Sequence record: MZ375356.1
Source: Escherichia phage T4
DNA length: 64,000 nt
Strand: one strand, 5' to 3'
The position numbers and the translations under genes were made by a program. Under the pieces are notes generated by a model. That model ran no database searches, had not been told where the DNA came from, and worked only from the letters and a program-made list of their open reading frames with translations. Shown here piece after piece: positions 53,706-64,000 of this stretch (position 1 is the first letter of the stretch; every line of letters begins with the position of its first letter).

Positions 53706-53780
53706 TGGTATCCCGCCCTGGGATCGAACCAGGACCGCAAACTTAGAAGGATCGTATGCTATCCATTACACCAGCGGGAC
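53706..53780 (-). tRNA. tRNA-Arg (UCU)
   Basis: GTCCCGCTGGTGTAATGG...CCTTCTAAG...GGTTCGATCCCAGGGCGGGATACCA; CCA encoded. Confidence 0.85.
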
Positions 53781-53785
53781 GTAAT

Positions 53786-54445
53786 TTAAAATTTCATTTT
53801 TCGACCTTTAAACCATCCTTCTGGAATTGGGTCAGTTTTCTTAATACGTTTAGAAACTTTTTCATCTAATGAATGAATCCACATCATACCGAATTGGGAA
53901 TTCTTTTCACCTTTCTGGTGATTATTTTTGGCGTGAGATTCTTTCATTTTATTAATAGTTTCAGGAGTATGATGCTTATTTAGATCTGCTATTATTTAAA
54001 AATTTTTCCCTGTATTCAGGAGTTGACCACAAACGTTTAAATACATTTGAACCAATTTTACGATATTTTTCTTGAAGTAAAATATCATTTTCAAAACGTG
54101 ACTTAAACGATAGCTCCTTTTAAGCTAGCATCTTTCTTCTGGTTTAGCATTCCAGGAATATTTACATGATCCCATCCACCTTCACCGCCAAGTTTTAAAT
54201 TATACACATCTGGTCTATTTAAAAACTCTTCTGTGACAATATTTTTCTCGGCTTCAAGCATAGATTCTTTATCGTCAAAATACTCTAATATTTCTTTAGA
54301 AAAATTTTCTATACCATATTTATCTTGGGCTCTTTTTAATAATTTACCAGAACCCATATCCATCATCTAAATTTTCGGTAGAATGCACACCAATATAAAT
54401 TTTATTATTAATTTTATTTGTTATTTTATAAGTGTAATAGAACAT
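53786..54445 (-). pseudogene. segB: GIY-YIG homing endonuclease-like gene inside the tRNA cluster (segB position), frame-disrupted
   Basis: MFYYTYKITNKINNKIYIGVHSTENLDDGY then shift; MGSGKLLKRAQDKYG...LGGEGG; two further C-terminal frame pieces with NUMOD-like motif. Confidence 0.55.
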
Positions 54446-54484
54446 AAATCTCCTATTTCTAAGAGTATTTATGTTCTCAAAATA

Positions 54485-54558
54485 TGACCCAGACCAGATT
54501 TGAACTGGTAACCTTTCCCTTATGAGGGGACTGCTGCTAACCATTGAGCTACAGGGCC
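54485..54558 (-). tRNA. tRNA-Ile (anticodon CAU, presumably lysidine-modified)
   Basis: Acceptor GGCCCTG/CTGGGTC, anticodon loop CTCATAA, T-loop GTTCAAATC. Confidence 0.7.
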
Positions 54559-54559
54559 T

Positions 54560-54635
54560 TGGTGCTGATTGACGGAATCGAACCGCCGACATCCTCATTA
54601 CAAGTGAGGTGCTCTACCTACTGAGCTAAATCAGC
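54560..54635 (-). tRNA. tRNA-Thr (UGU)
   Basis: GCTGATTTAGCTCAGTAGG...CTTGTAA...GGTTCGATTCCGTCAATCAGCACCA. Confidence 0.85.
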
Positions 54636-54642
54636 AAAATTA

Positions 54643-54729
54643 CGGAGGCGATAGGATTTGAACCTATGAGTCGCCGGAGCGACTGCCGGTTTTCAAGACC
54701 GGTGCATTAAACCACTCTGCCACGCCTCC
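54643..54729 (-). tRNA. tRNA-Ser (UGA), long variable arm
   Basis: GGAGGCGTGGCAGAGTGG...CTTGAAA...long extra arm...GGTTCAAATCCTATCGCCTCCG. Confidence 0.8.
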
Positions 54730-54731
54730 AG

Positions 54732-54805
54732 TCTCCATACAAGGATTTGAACCTTGGACCTCCTGATCCCAAATCAGGCGCTCTACCAAACTGAGCTACA
54801 CGGAG
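54732..54805 (-). tRNA. tRNA-Pro (UGG)
   Basis: CTCCGTGTAGCTCAGTTTGG...TTTGGGA...GGTTCAAATCC. Confidence 0.8.
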
Positions 54806-54815
54806 TAAATTAAAT

Positions 54816-54889
<74 letters not shown>

Positions 54890-54894
54890 AAATT

Positions 54895-54980
54895 TGGTGC
54901 GAGAAGTGGGACTCGAACCCACAAGGAAATCATTCCGCAGCATTTTAAGTGCTGTGCCTTTACCAATTTGACCATTCTCG
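54895..54980 (-). tRNA. tRNA-Leu (UAA), long variable arm
   Basis: GCGAGAATGGTCAAATTGG...CTTAAAA...GGGTTCGAGTCCCACTTCTCGCACCA. Confidence 0.85.
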
Positions 54981-54982
54981 CG

Positions 54983-55055
54983 CTGGGAATAAAGGACTCG
55001 AACCTTTGCATCTAGCAGTCAAAGTGCTATGCCTTACCAACTTGGCTAATTCCCA
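54983..55055 (-). tRNA. tRNA-Gln (UUG)
   Basis: TGGGAATTAGCCAAGTTGG...CTTTGAC...GGTTCGAGTCCTTTATTCCCAG. Confidence 0.8.
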
Positions 55056-55149
55056 ATTATTAACAAAGGCTCTCTAACAAGAACCCTTGATGATAGAGGG
55101 TATTAATCAGTGCGGTATGAGTTAATAACAAATAATTCTTAAAGCATAT

Positions 55150-55425
55150 TTACCATTTATGATGATACGTATTTACGATACATTCAAGACCCAAAGGATT
55201 CTTGAAAATATCATATTCAAGAGGACCTTTTTCTGTTTCAATAAAGAAATCAAAATTTACTGTATTAAATTTACGGTCTTCCTTTACTAATTTAACTTGA
55301 GAAGATGAACGATCAATGTAAACCTTTTCAACTTCAAAACACGTTAAAATGCCATAATCATCAATCAAGGCTTTAGCTGCTTCTTGATCATATTTATCCA
55401 TTTTCAACGGATGATACTTTCGCAT
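55150..55425 (-). CDS. hypothetical protein, 91 aa
   Basis: ORF track; preceded by three consecutive in-frame TGA codons. Confidence 0.45.
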   Translation of the reverse strand: MRKYHPLKMDKYDQEAAKALIDDYGILTCFEVEKVYIDRSSSQVKLVKEDRKFNTVNFDFFIETEKGPLEYDIFKNPLGLECIVNTYHHKW

Positions 55426-55663
55426 AAAGAATCATCATCAACCTCTATCAACAATAGCATGAGTATGGGCATTTACGATTTGCCACCAGTCGAAACGATT
55501 GGAACCATAATCTGGTTTATTTTCATTTTCTTTAATGATATCACGCAGTTTATCTTCTGTTTCAGCATACGCAATTAAATCATCATATCCACCACAAGGA
55601 TAATAATTATCACCTGCGAATAAAAGAAAATTTACCTTAGATGGATTTACGTAATAATGGTCT

Positions 55664-55846
55664 TTAGGATATAGTTCCTCTCCAATCAGTTACTTCAACA
55701 TAACGGTAAGAAAATCCATTTTTACTTTCAATCCAACTCCACGCTTCAAAAGGAGTATTAAAAACTTTATCAGGTATTAAATTACCTTCAAAATGAGAAG
55801 GATTTGCATAATCCCCGGCATAAACATAATATTCGTTAATACTCAT
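55664..55846 (-). CDS. hypothetical protein, 60 aa, possibly 5' part of a frame-shifted larger gene
   Basis: ORF track; next frame continues about 80 protein-like codons to 55426. Confidence 0.35.
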   Translation of the reverse strand: MSINEYYVYAGDYANPSHFEGNLIPDKVFNTPFEAWSWIESKNGFSYRYVEVTDWRGTIS

Positions 55847-56057
55847 TTATTCACCTTTAGAAATTTTATCCATAACGATAGCAATTAAACCAATTAAATG
55901 CTACTACAAGTGAAAACACATTTTCTGCTGTAGTTAATAATCCGCATATAATCCAACAAACATTGAAAAACTAAAAGCAGAAGCAGAAATTGCAATAGCA
56001 ACATTTCGAATTAATTCACAGCGTTTCATTTTATTCTCCTCAGTAGTTGATAGGGTA

Positions 56058-56088
56058 ATAGTATCACAGCTAAAACCCTATGTAAACA
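56058..56088 (-). promoter_or_regulatory. T4-type early promoter
   Basis: GTTTAC-18 nt-TACTAT, then GAGGAG SD and a small membrane ORF. Confidence 0.55.
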
Positions 56089-56105
56089 ACTTTGTGAAAT
56101 ATTTA

Positions 56106-56393
56106 TTACAAAAGATTTTTAGCAATAATCTTGAGATGTGCCGCAGAAATGTGTTTAGCTTTAAACAACGCAGTTTCTTCAGCAGGAGAGATAACGATTG
56201 TAGCACCATCCTTTTTAGCAGACCACCCATCACCTAGGTAAACAGTACCTTTGATTTCTTCGCCATCAACCAGACTAATCATTGGTTTACCTTCTCGTCC
56301 TTTATTTGCTTTAATAACTTCAGAAGTAAGAGTAGCTTCGGTAATGGTAGAAACCGGGGTAGTTGTAGAAGTAAATTCTTTAAATGTTTTCAT
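56106..56393 (-). CDS. ipI: internal protein I-like
   Basis: 95 aa; N-terminus MKTFKEF...TITE consistent with a cleavable targeting peptide; position upstream of 57B. Confidence 0.55.
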   Translation of the reverse strand: MKTFKEFTSTTTPVSTITEATLTSEVIKANKGREGKPMISLVDGEEIKGTVYLGDGWSAKKDGATIVISPAEETALFKAKHISAAHLKIIAKNLL

Positions 56394-56424
56394 TTTTATT
56401 TTCCTAATTAATTTTGATGAGGTA

Positions 56425-56454
56425 ATAGTATCACTACCTCATCAGTATGTAAAC
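56425..56454 (-). promoter_or_regulatory. T4-type early promoter
   Basis: GTTTAC-18 nt-TACTAT; -10 flanked by inverted repeat GATGAGGTA/TACCTCATC. Confidence 0.55.
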
Positions 56455-56466
56455 AACTTTGTGAAA

Positions 56467-57163
<697 letters not shown>

Positions 57164-57164
<1 letters not shown>

Positions 57165-57889
57165 TATAGTACCTTTAGTGTATTTTTAATTTTAGAAAAA
57201 AGTTCTTCAAGAGAACCATCGTTTGTAATTACTAAATCGCCATCACGAATTGGCAATCCAGCTTCTGTAATATGTGTATCATTGGATTTTTGACCAGGAC
57301 GAACTACATGAATTACTGTAGCACCCATCGCCCTAGCCGCATCCATTTCATGATCTTGACGGGTATCAGGAACGATATAATAATCATAACCTGAGTTAAA
57401 TTTATCAAGATAATCTAAAGCAAATAATTTTACCCAGTACATGCGGTCGAAGTTATTAACAATCAAATCCGTACCTAGGGCTTGCATCAGACGACGGACT
57501 GACCATTGATCTTCAATATTATTTATAACGTCAGTAATCTTATTAAATGCTACGAAATTAACTGATTCTTTTCCTTCGTCATCAAAAACAAACACACCTT
57601 TAATTGGGCTTTTACCATTAAGATAACAAAATGCTTGTTCCATAATCGTGATTACTTCTAATTTAGTCAGATTTAAATTAGTCTCACGATCATAGTCAAT
57701 TCCTTCAAACTCTTTACGAGTTAAGCAAGGATAGTCAGTGTTTGCTGCAAATACTCCCCATGCATAAGCCAATGCATCCTTAATAGGACCAGCAAGTTGG
57801 TATTTAACTGCAGAATAATTGCTCATGATAAAATCAGCAGTAGTATCTTTTCCACTACGCTTTACACCGCTTAAAAAGATTAGTTTCAT
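57164..57889 (-). CDS. 1: dNMP kinase gp1
   Basis: 241 aa from MKLIFLSGVKRSGKDT (P-loop); track ORF starts 13 codons earlier. Confidence 0.85.
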
Positions 57890-57938
57890 GTGTTTCTCCT
57901 CAAATTTAATTAAGATTATAACACACAAAACTGAAGCA

Positions 57939-58469
57939 TTAAACTTCTGCTATAATTTTACCATCTTTTTCTACTTGAAAATAGGTGTAAGGAATTGTTG
58001 CAGTACATACTAAAGCCGGGTCTGAATCTTCCGTGTAGCTAAATTCTACTTCAGATAGGTCAGAAACCCAAGGCTTATAAAAATTTATTGACATCACGAT
58101 TTCAGTTTTGCTATTATCTAAGATGTAAAGCGTAATGTACTCAGGACCTGTTTTTTGGGCAGTATTTTCACCTGTAAGATAGTTGCTAGTTCCTAGCATC
58201 CATTCATACATTCCTATCCACGACTTAAGTTCTTCATCAACTATAAATCTCACAATGAGTGGATCATACTCAAATGTAACACCTGGACGTTGTGCTCGGC
58301 CCAGTCCAAACGGCCCAGTCACGGTATCAGTAACAGGTATTCTAATTCCTGGAATAGGAACTGACTGAGCATTTAAAGTAAAAGCAGATGTAGTATTACT
58401 ATGTGGTATTGATACTACAAAGTTAGTTGTATTTGCTTGGTTAAAAATTTGTTGCAGAGCTTGCGACAT
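57939..58469 (-). CDS. 3: tail sheath stabiliser/tail completion gp3
   Basis: 176 aa from MSQALQQIF; track ORF starts 27 codons earlier. Confidence 0.8.
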   Translation of the reverse strand: MSQALQQIFNQANTTNFVVSIPHSNTTSAFTLNAQSVPIPGIRIPVTDTVTGPFGLGRAQRPGVTFEYDPLIVRFIVDEELKSWIGMYEWMLGTSNYLTGENTAQKTGPEYITLYILDNSKTEIVMSINFYKPWVSDLSEVEFSYTEDSDPALVCTATIPYTYFQVEKDGKIIAEV

Positions 58470-58575
58470 ATATTCCTCATAATGCTTTATAACTGTTGGT
58501 GGTATAATGGGTCTAAGTCCCTTCCATTCAATTCCATTTAGAACAAACAACAGAAAAGAATGGAAGATAATAGAA

Positions 58576-59400
58576 TTAGATATTTGACCAGACTTTGTTT
58601 GCAGAGAAACGTTTTCCTTTTGAAACGAACTGCTGAAGTGGCATCAACACAACGTTCGCCCAGTCTTTCGGGGCGATTTCAACAAGGCTACCCATAATAT
58701 TACCAGGTATATATGCCTTAATCATTTGGTCTGCACCCCTAAATCCTTTCACTTGACTCCAATCAATTTTTAATTTCGTTTTATTAGTAATAGTAGGTGT
58801 ATTTGCATATTGCTTTAAAAGCTCTTCTAGGAATTGCTGACGAGCTTTAGGTGGAATATAGTGCAAGTTTAATCCGTACATTAAATTATGCTTACCTAAA
58901 CCAAGGTAAATTATCAAAGGAAATTTATCCCAGTAAGGAAGAGTTTCCTTGTGTTTAGCATCATAAGCAAAAGCATATATTCGTCCCGGCTGCGGGCGAA
59001 CAACTTTATGTCCTTTTACTTGCTTAATAGTTTCAGCAAACCACTTTCTGGTTTTATTATTAATTGCTGCGCCTTCATTACGAATTTTATCACGCAATGT
59101 TTGTCTGAATGAATTTATCATAAGCAGTTGTCTTTCTTGCTTATTGAGTTTATTCATTGGTTTTGATTCAAGTTTTTGAATCTTTTCAGCCGTTTTAATT
59201 CCTGAAGCATATTTTGACATTGCTGAAGTAAACGTAGAGTATTTGATTCCTCTTTCTTCAGCAAATTGCTTTCCTGTCATTCCTTTTGCTTTGGCCTTTT
59301 TATATTCAAGACCTATCTGAATCCATTTCTTTTCGTTTAATGATTGCTTAACCTTTGGAACTTGGGGAGTGCTTTCATTAATTATTTGAAAAATAGCCAT
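58576..59400 (-). CDS. 2: DNA end-protector protein gp2
   Basis: 274 aa; synteny 4-2-3-1. Confidence 0.85.
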
Positions 59401-59852
59401 TATGCCCCCTTAAAGCCAAGAGCTCGTAATCCATCTTCTGTTAGAATTCTAAATTTTATTCCACGCTTTTCAGCTAAAGATTGTGCTGCTTTCCATTTGT
59501 CAGTGTTCACAGACCAGGTATAAATTTCATTCATAAATCTTTTCTTCGCTGCGGTCGTTAGATGTGCTGGTTTAACTGGTGGTTGTGTTTCTTTTTTAGG
59601 TTTTATTTCAATAAAAAATTCTTGTCCAGAAGAATCTTTCATCCAAATATCCATAAAGTATCTACGTTTTTTCCCTTCTGCATTACAAAAATAAGGAATT
59701 ACTGCTGTTTCACTACCCCATGCAATAATTTCTGGATTTTTATCTAACCATTCAAAAAAGAATTTTTCCCAATTTGATCTATACGTAATTTTTTTAGGGT
59801 CACCTCTATACTTTGATATATTTTTAGGAACCCATTTTCCAGAATATGCCAT
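59400..59852 (-). CDS. 4: head completion protein gp4
   Basis: 150 aa; ATGA overlap with gene 2. Confidence 0.85.
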
Positions 59853-59863
59853 TGGATTCTCCT

Positions 59864-59871
59864 TATAAATA
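59864..59871 (+). promoter_or_regulatory. late promoter TATAAATA for gene 53
   Basis: TATAAATA about 30 nt upstream of the gene 53 ATG. Confidence 0.5.
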
Positions 59872-59878
59872 GATAATA

Positions 59879-59886
59879 TATTTATA
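59879..59886 (-). promoter_or_regulatory. late promoter TATAAATA for gene 4 (divergent)
   Basis: Minus strand TATAAATA upstream of gene 4. Confidence 0.45.
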
Positions 59887-59899
59887 AACAGGAGGGCCC

Positions 59900-60490
59900 A
59901 TGCTCTTTACATTTTTTGATCCGATTGAATATGCGGCCAAAACGGTGAATAAAAACGCGCCGACTATTCCTATGACAGATATTTTTAGAAACTATAAAGA
60001 CTATTTTAAACGCGCTCTTGCGGGATACCGCTTACGTACTTATTATATTAAAGGTTCACCACGCCCGGAAGAATTAGCAAATGCTATATATGGAAATCCA
60101 CAGCTGTATTGGGTTTTATTGATGTGTAATGATAATTATGACCCGTATTATGGATGGATTACTTCGCAAGAAGCTGCTTATCAAGCATCTATACAAAAAT
60201 ACAAAAACGTAGGTGGAGACCAAATAGTATATCATGTGAATGAGAACGGTGAAAAATTTTATAATTTAATATCATACGATGATAATCCATATGTTTGGTA
60301 TGATAAAGGCGATAAAGCTAGAAAATATCCTCAATATGAAGGAGCGCTTGCTGCGGTCGATACGTATGAAGCTGCTGTTCTTGAAAATGAAAAACTTCGT
60401 CAAATAAAAATAATAGCAAAATCAGACATCAATTCATTTATGAACGACCTTATACGTATAATGGAGAAATCTTATGGAAATGATAAGTAA
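59900..60490 (+). CDS. 53: baseplate wedge protein gp53
   Basis: 196 aa; GGAGGG SD; synteny with gene 5. Confidence 0.85.
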   Translation: MLFTFFDPIEYAAKTVNKNAPTIPMTDIFRNYKDYFKRALAGYRLRTYYIKGSPRPEELANAIYGNPQLYWVLLMCNDNYDPYYGWITSQEAAYQASIQKYKNVGGDQIVYHVNENGEKFYNLISYDDNPYVWYDKGDKARKYPQYEGALAAVDTYEAAVLENEKLRQIKIIAKSDINSFMNDLIRIMEKSYGNDK

Positions 60491-62201
60491 TAACCTTAAT
60501 TGGTTTGTCGGTGTTGTTGAAGATAGAATGGACCCATTAAAATTAGGTCGTGTTCGTGTTCGTGTGGTTGGTCTGCATCCACCTCAAAGAGCACAAGGTG
60601 ATGTAATGGGTATTCCAACTGAAAAATTACCATGGATGTCAGTTATTCAACCTATAACTTCTGCAGCAATGTCTGGAATTGGAGGTTCTGTTACTGGACC
60701 AGTAGAAGGAACTAGAGTTTATGGTCATTTTTTAGACAAATGGAAAACTAATGGAATTGTCCTTGGCACGTATGGTGGAATAGTTCGCGAAAAACCGAAT
60801 AGACTTGAAGGATTTTCTGACCCAACTGGGCAGTATCCTAGACGTTTAGGAAATGATACTAACGTACTAAACCAAGGTGGAGAAGTAGGATATGATTCGT
60901 CTTCTAACGTTATCCAAGATAGTAACTTAGACACCGCAATAAATCCCGATGATAGACCGCTATCAGAGATTCCAACCGATGATAATCCAAATATGTCAAT
61001 GGCTGAAATGCTTCGCCGTGATGAAGGATTAAGATTAAAAGTTTATTGGGATACCGAAGGATATCCGACAATTGGTATTGGTCATCTTATCATGAAGCAG
61101 CCAGTTCGTGATATGGCTCAAATTAATAAAGTTTTATCAAAACAAGTTGGTCGTGAAATTACAGGAAATCCAGGTTCTATTACAATGGAAGAGGCGACGA
61201 CTTTATTTGAGCGTGATTTGGCTGATATGCAACGGGACATTAAATCACATTCTAAAGTAGGACCAGTCTGGCAAGCTGTCAACCGTTCTCGTCAAATGGC
61301 GTTAGAAAATATGGCATTTCAGATGGGTGTTGGTGGTGTAGCTAAATTTAACACAATGTTAACTGCTATGTTAGCAGGAGATTGGGAAAAAGCGTATAAA
61401 GCCGGTCGTGATTCATTGTGGTATCAACAAACAAAAGGCCGTGCATCCCGTGTTACCATGATTATTCTTACGGGGAATTTGGAATCATATGGTGTTGAAG
61501 TGAAAACCCCAGCTAGGTCTCTATCAGCAATGGCTGCTACTGTAGCTAAATCTTCTGACCCTGCTGACCCTCCTATTCCAAATGACTCGAGAATTTTATT
61601 CAAAGAACCAGTTTCTTCATATAAAGGTGAATATCCTTATGTGCATACAATGGAAACTGAAAGCGGACATATTCAGGAATTTGATGATACCCCTGGGCAA
61701 GAACGATATAGATTAGTTCATCCAACTGGAACTTATGAAGAAGTATCACCATCAGGAAGAAGAACAAGAAAAACTGTTGATAATTTGTATGATATAACCA
61801 ATGCTGATGGTAATTTTTTGGTAGCCGGTGATAAAAAGACTAACGTCGGTGGTTCAGAAATTTATTATAACATGGATAATCGTTTACATCAAATCGATGG
61901 AAGCAATACAATATTTGTACGTGGAGACGAAACGAAAACTGTTGAAGGTAATGGAACTATCCTAGTTAAAGGTAATGTTACTATTATAGTTGAAGGTAAT
62001 GCTGACATTACAGTTAAAGGAGATGCTACCACTTTAGTTGAAGGAAATCAAACTAACACAGTAAATGGAAATCTTTCTTGGAAAGTTGCCGGGACAGTTG
62101 ATTGGGATGTCGGTGGTGATTGGACAGAAAAAATGGCATCTATGAGTTCTATTTCATCTGGTCAATACACAATTGATGGATCGAGGATTGACATTGGCTA
62201 A
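60474..62201 (+). CDS. 5: baseplate hub and tail lysozyme gp5
   Basis: 575 aa; central lysozyme domain MAEMLRRDEGLRLKVYWDTEGYPTIGIGHL (paralog of e); C-terminal VxGxxxxx beta-helix repeats. Confidence 0.95.
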   Translation: MEMISNNLNWFVGVVEDRMDPLKLGRVRVRVVGLHPPQRAQGDVMGIPTEKLPWMSVIQPITSAAMSGIGGSVTGPVEGTRVYGHFLDKWKTNGIVLGTYGGIVREKPNRLEGFSDPTGQYPRRLGNDTNVLNQGGEVGYDSSSNVIQDSNLDTAINPDDRPLSEIPTDDNPNMSMAEMLRRDEGLRLKVYWDTEGYPTIGIGHLIMKQPVRDMAQINKVLSKQVGREITGNPGSITMEEATTLFERDLADMQRDIKSHSKVGPVWQAVNRSRQMALENMAFQMGVGGVAKFNTMLTAMLAGDWEKAYKAGRDSLWYQQTKGRASRVTMIILTGNLESYGVEVKTPARSLSAMAATVAKSSDPADPPIPNDSRILFKEPVSSYKGEYPYVHTMETESGHIQEFDDTPGQERYRLVHPTGTYEEVSPSGRRTRKTVDNLYDITNADGNFLVAGDKKTNVGGSEIYYNMDNRLHQIDGSNTIFVRGDETKTVEGNGTILVKGNVTIIVEGNADITVKGDATTLVEGNQTNTVNGNLSWKVAGTVDWDVGGDWTEKMASMSSISSGQYTIDGSRIDIG

Positions 62202-62730
62202 TATACTTCCAATGAGCGCTGATTTAGGAGAATCCATGGAAGGTTCTTCTATCGACGTCACCTTTACCGCTCAATTAGAAACAGGTGAAACGTTAGTATC
62301 TATAAATATAACTAGTTACGAAGAAACTCCTGGGGTTTTAGTAGAAGAAAATCGCTTATATGGAACATATGAATCTGTATTTGGTTTCGGAAATGACGCG
62401 TTGAAATATCGTTTAGGCGATGAATTTAAAACTGCTGCTTCATGGGAAGAACTTCCTACTGATTCTGATACTCAGTTGTATTTGTGGAAAGCTCCTCAAA
62501 ACCTCCAGAAGACATTCACTTACGAAGTAACATTAATATATGACTACCAAGAACAAAGTGAATCTGGGGGTTCTGGCAGTAATTCTAGGTCATCTTCTGA
62601 TACTACTGAACCGACAGATCCTCCTGCTCCAGTAAGAAAAACTCTAGTTAAAAATTATACTAAAACTATAGTTGGAAATTGGAGTCGTTGGGCTAATAAA
62701 CTGAGAAAATATGCCTATGCAAGACCATAA
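62173..62730 (+). CDS. gp5.1-position protein, 185 aa
   Basis: ORF track; overlaps gene 5 end. Confidence 0.55.
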   Translation: MMDRGLTLANILPMSADLGESMEGSSIDVTFTAQLETGETLVSINITSYEETPGVLVEENRLYGTYESVFGFGNDALKYRLGDEFKTAASWEELPTDSDTQLYLWKAPQNLQKTFTYEVTLIYDYQEQSESGGSGSNSRSSSDTTEPTDPPAPVRKTLVKNYTKTIVGNWSRWANKLRKYAYARP

Positions 62731-63298
62731 ATATTTTTATTTGTATTCAATAACTAATAAAACAACAGAAAAAATTTATGTAGGCGTCCACAAAACTTCA
62801 AATTTGGATGATGGGTATGGGTTCTGGCGTTGCCATTAAAAATGCCATTAAAATATGGCATAGATAATTTTTATAAGCATATTATAAAATTCTTTGAATC
62901 TGAAAAAGCTATATGACGCAGAGGCAGAAATAGTCACAGAGGAATTTGTTAAATCTAAGAAAACTTATAATATGAAACTAGGCGGTATCGGTGGCTTCCC
63001 AAAACATAACACAGCGGGTGCTAAAAATGGATTTTACGGTAAATCTCATTCGCGTGAAACTAGATTGAAAATTAGCATTAAATCGTCTAGAAAAAGAGGG
63101 CCTAGAGGGCCTAGAGGTAAAACTCTGAAGATGTGTGGCGCCAATAACCCAAGGTATGGCAAAATAGCCCCTAATGCTAAATCTGTTATCAACGGCGTTT
63201 TATATAAAAGTATTAAAATCGCAGCTAAAGCTCTTAATATAAATTATAGTACCTTAAAGGGGCGAGTTAAAGCGGGGTATTATAAATGCCAGGATTAA
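62717..63298 (+). pseudogene. segC: GIY-YIG homing endonuclease-like gene (segC position), frame-disrupted
   Basis: MQDHKYFYLYSITNKTTEKIYVGVHKTSNLDDGY then shift; KYGIDNFYKHIIKFFESEKAI in another frame; C-terminal ORF 62894..63298 with NMKLGGIGG and NUMOD-like GKSHSRETRLKIS. Confidence 0.55.
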
Positions 63299-63579
63299 GT
63301 TATGATAAGTGTGTTACTGCTGGCCATGAAGCGTGGCCTCCAACAGTTGTGAATGCTACACAAAGTAAAGTATTCACTGGAGGAATTGCTGTTCTCGTAG
63401 CAGGCGATCCAATTACAGAACATACAGAAATTAAAAAGCCGTATGAAACACATGGCGGAGTGACACAACCTAGAACTTCTAAGGTATATGTCACTGGAAA
63501 GAAAGCTGTTCAAATGGCTGATCCAATATCATGCGGTGATACTGTGGCTCAGGCATCATCTAAAGTATTCATTAAATAG
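63286..63579 (+). CDS. 5.4: PAAR-repeat spike tip protein gp5.4
   Basis: 97 aa; PAAR-like repeats; position after gene 5. Confidence 0.8.
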   Translation: MPGLSYDKCVTAGHEAWPPTVVNATQSKVFTGGIAVLVAGDPITEHTEIKKPYETHGGVTQPRTSKVYVTGKKAVQMADPISCGDTVAQASSKVFIK

Positions 63580-63587
63580 GATTTAAA

Positions 63588-64000
63588 ATGGCAAATACCC
63601 CTGTAAATTATCAATTAACAAGAACAGCAAATGCTATTCCCGAGATATTCGTCGGGGGTACATTTGCTGAAATAAAACAAAACCTCATTGAATGGCTTAA
63701 TGGCCAAAATGAATTTTTGGATTATGATTTTGAAGGCTCAAGATTAAACGTTCTGTGTGACCTTTTAGCTTATAATACATTATACATTCAGCAGTTTGGT
63801 AATGCTGCTGTGTATGAAAGCTTTATGCGTACTGCTAACTTACGAAGTTCAGTTGTTCAAGCTGCACAAGATAACGGATATTTACCTACTTCAAAATCCG
63901 CTGCGCAGACCGAAATTATGTTAACATGCACTGACGCATTGAATAGGAATTACATTACTATTCCTCGCGGAACTCGCTTTTTAGCATATGCAAAAGATAC
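63588..64000 (+). CDS. 6: baseplate wedge protein gp6, 5' part (continues beyond window)
   Basis: MANTPVNYQLTRTANAIPEIFVGG...; ORF open to window end. Confidence 0.8.
   Translation, partial: MANTPVNYQLTRTANAIPEIFVGGTFAEIKQNLIEWLNGQNEFLDYDFEGSRLNVLCDLLAYNTLYIQQFGNAAVYESFMRTANLRSSVVQAAQDNGYLPTSKSAAQTEIMLTCTDALNRNYITIPRGTRFLAYAKD

Overview
This window reads as a T4-like (Tevenvirinae) phage segment: a long minus-strand block of early/middle genes running from a small ORF and topoisomerase genes 60/39 through the replication and nucleotide-metabolism genes (dda, 56, 61, 41, uvsX, beta-gt, 42, 43, regA, 62/44/45, 46/47, alpha-gt, 55, nrdH/G, 49, nrdC, rI, tk, regB, e), an 8-tRNA cluster with two stable-RNA-like loci, then genes 57B/57A/1/3/2/4, followed on the plus strand by late baseplate genes 53, 5, 5.1, 5.4 and the start of 6. 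Gene names are assigned from protein motifs, lengths and synteny recalled from phage T4; no database search was run, so unnamed small ORFs are left as hypothetical. The gene 60 translational bypass element is present, as are many T4-type early promoters (GTTTAC -35, TATAAT/TACTAT -10), late TATAAATA promoters and CUUCGG-type hairpins after genes. The main result of the hunt is that many accessory or selfish genes are frame-disrupted or truncated while every essential gene I checked is intact: dam (four frame changes), GIY-YIG seg-like genes (segF-, segA-, segB-, segC-like), an HNH mobB-like gene, pin-like, a macro-domain-like ORF, nudE-like (in-frame TGA) and a deletion fusing an nrdD fragment to a 5'-truncated nrdG. 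Several lesions sit in the same context (loss of TA from TATATG, or A-run length changes). I cannot tell from sequence alone whether this is real pseudogenisation, deliberate or mutagenic editing, or localised assembly error. I found no CRISPR array, rRNA, integrase or obviously foreign system.
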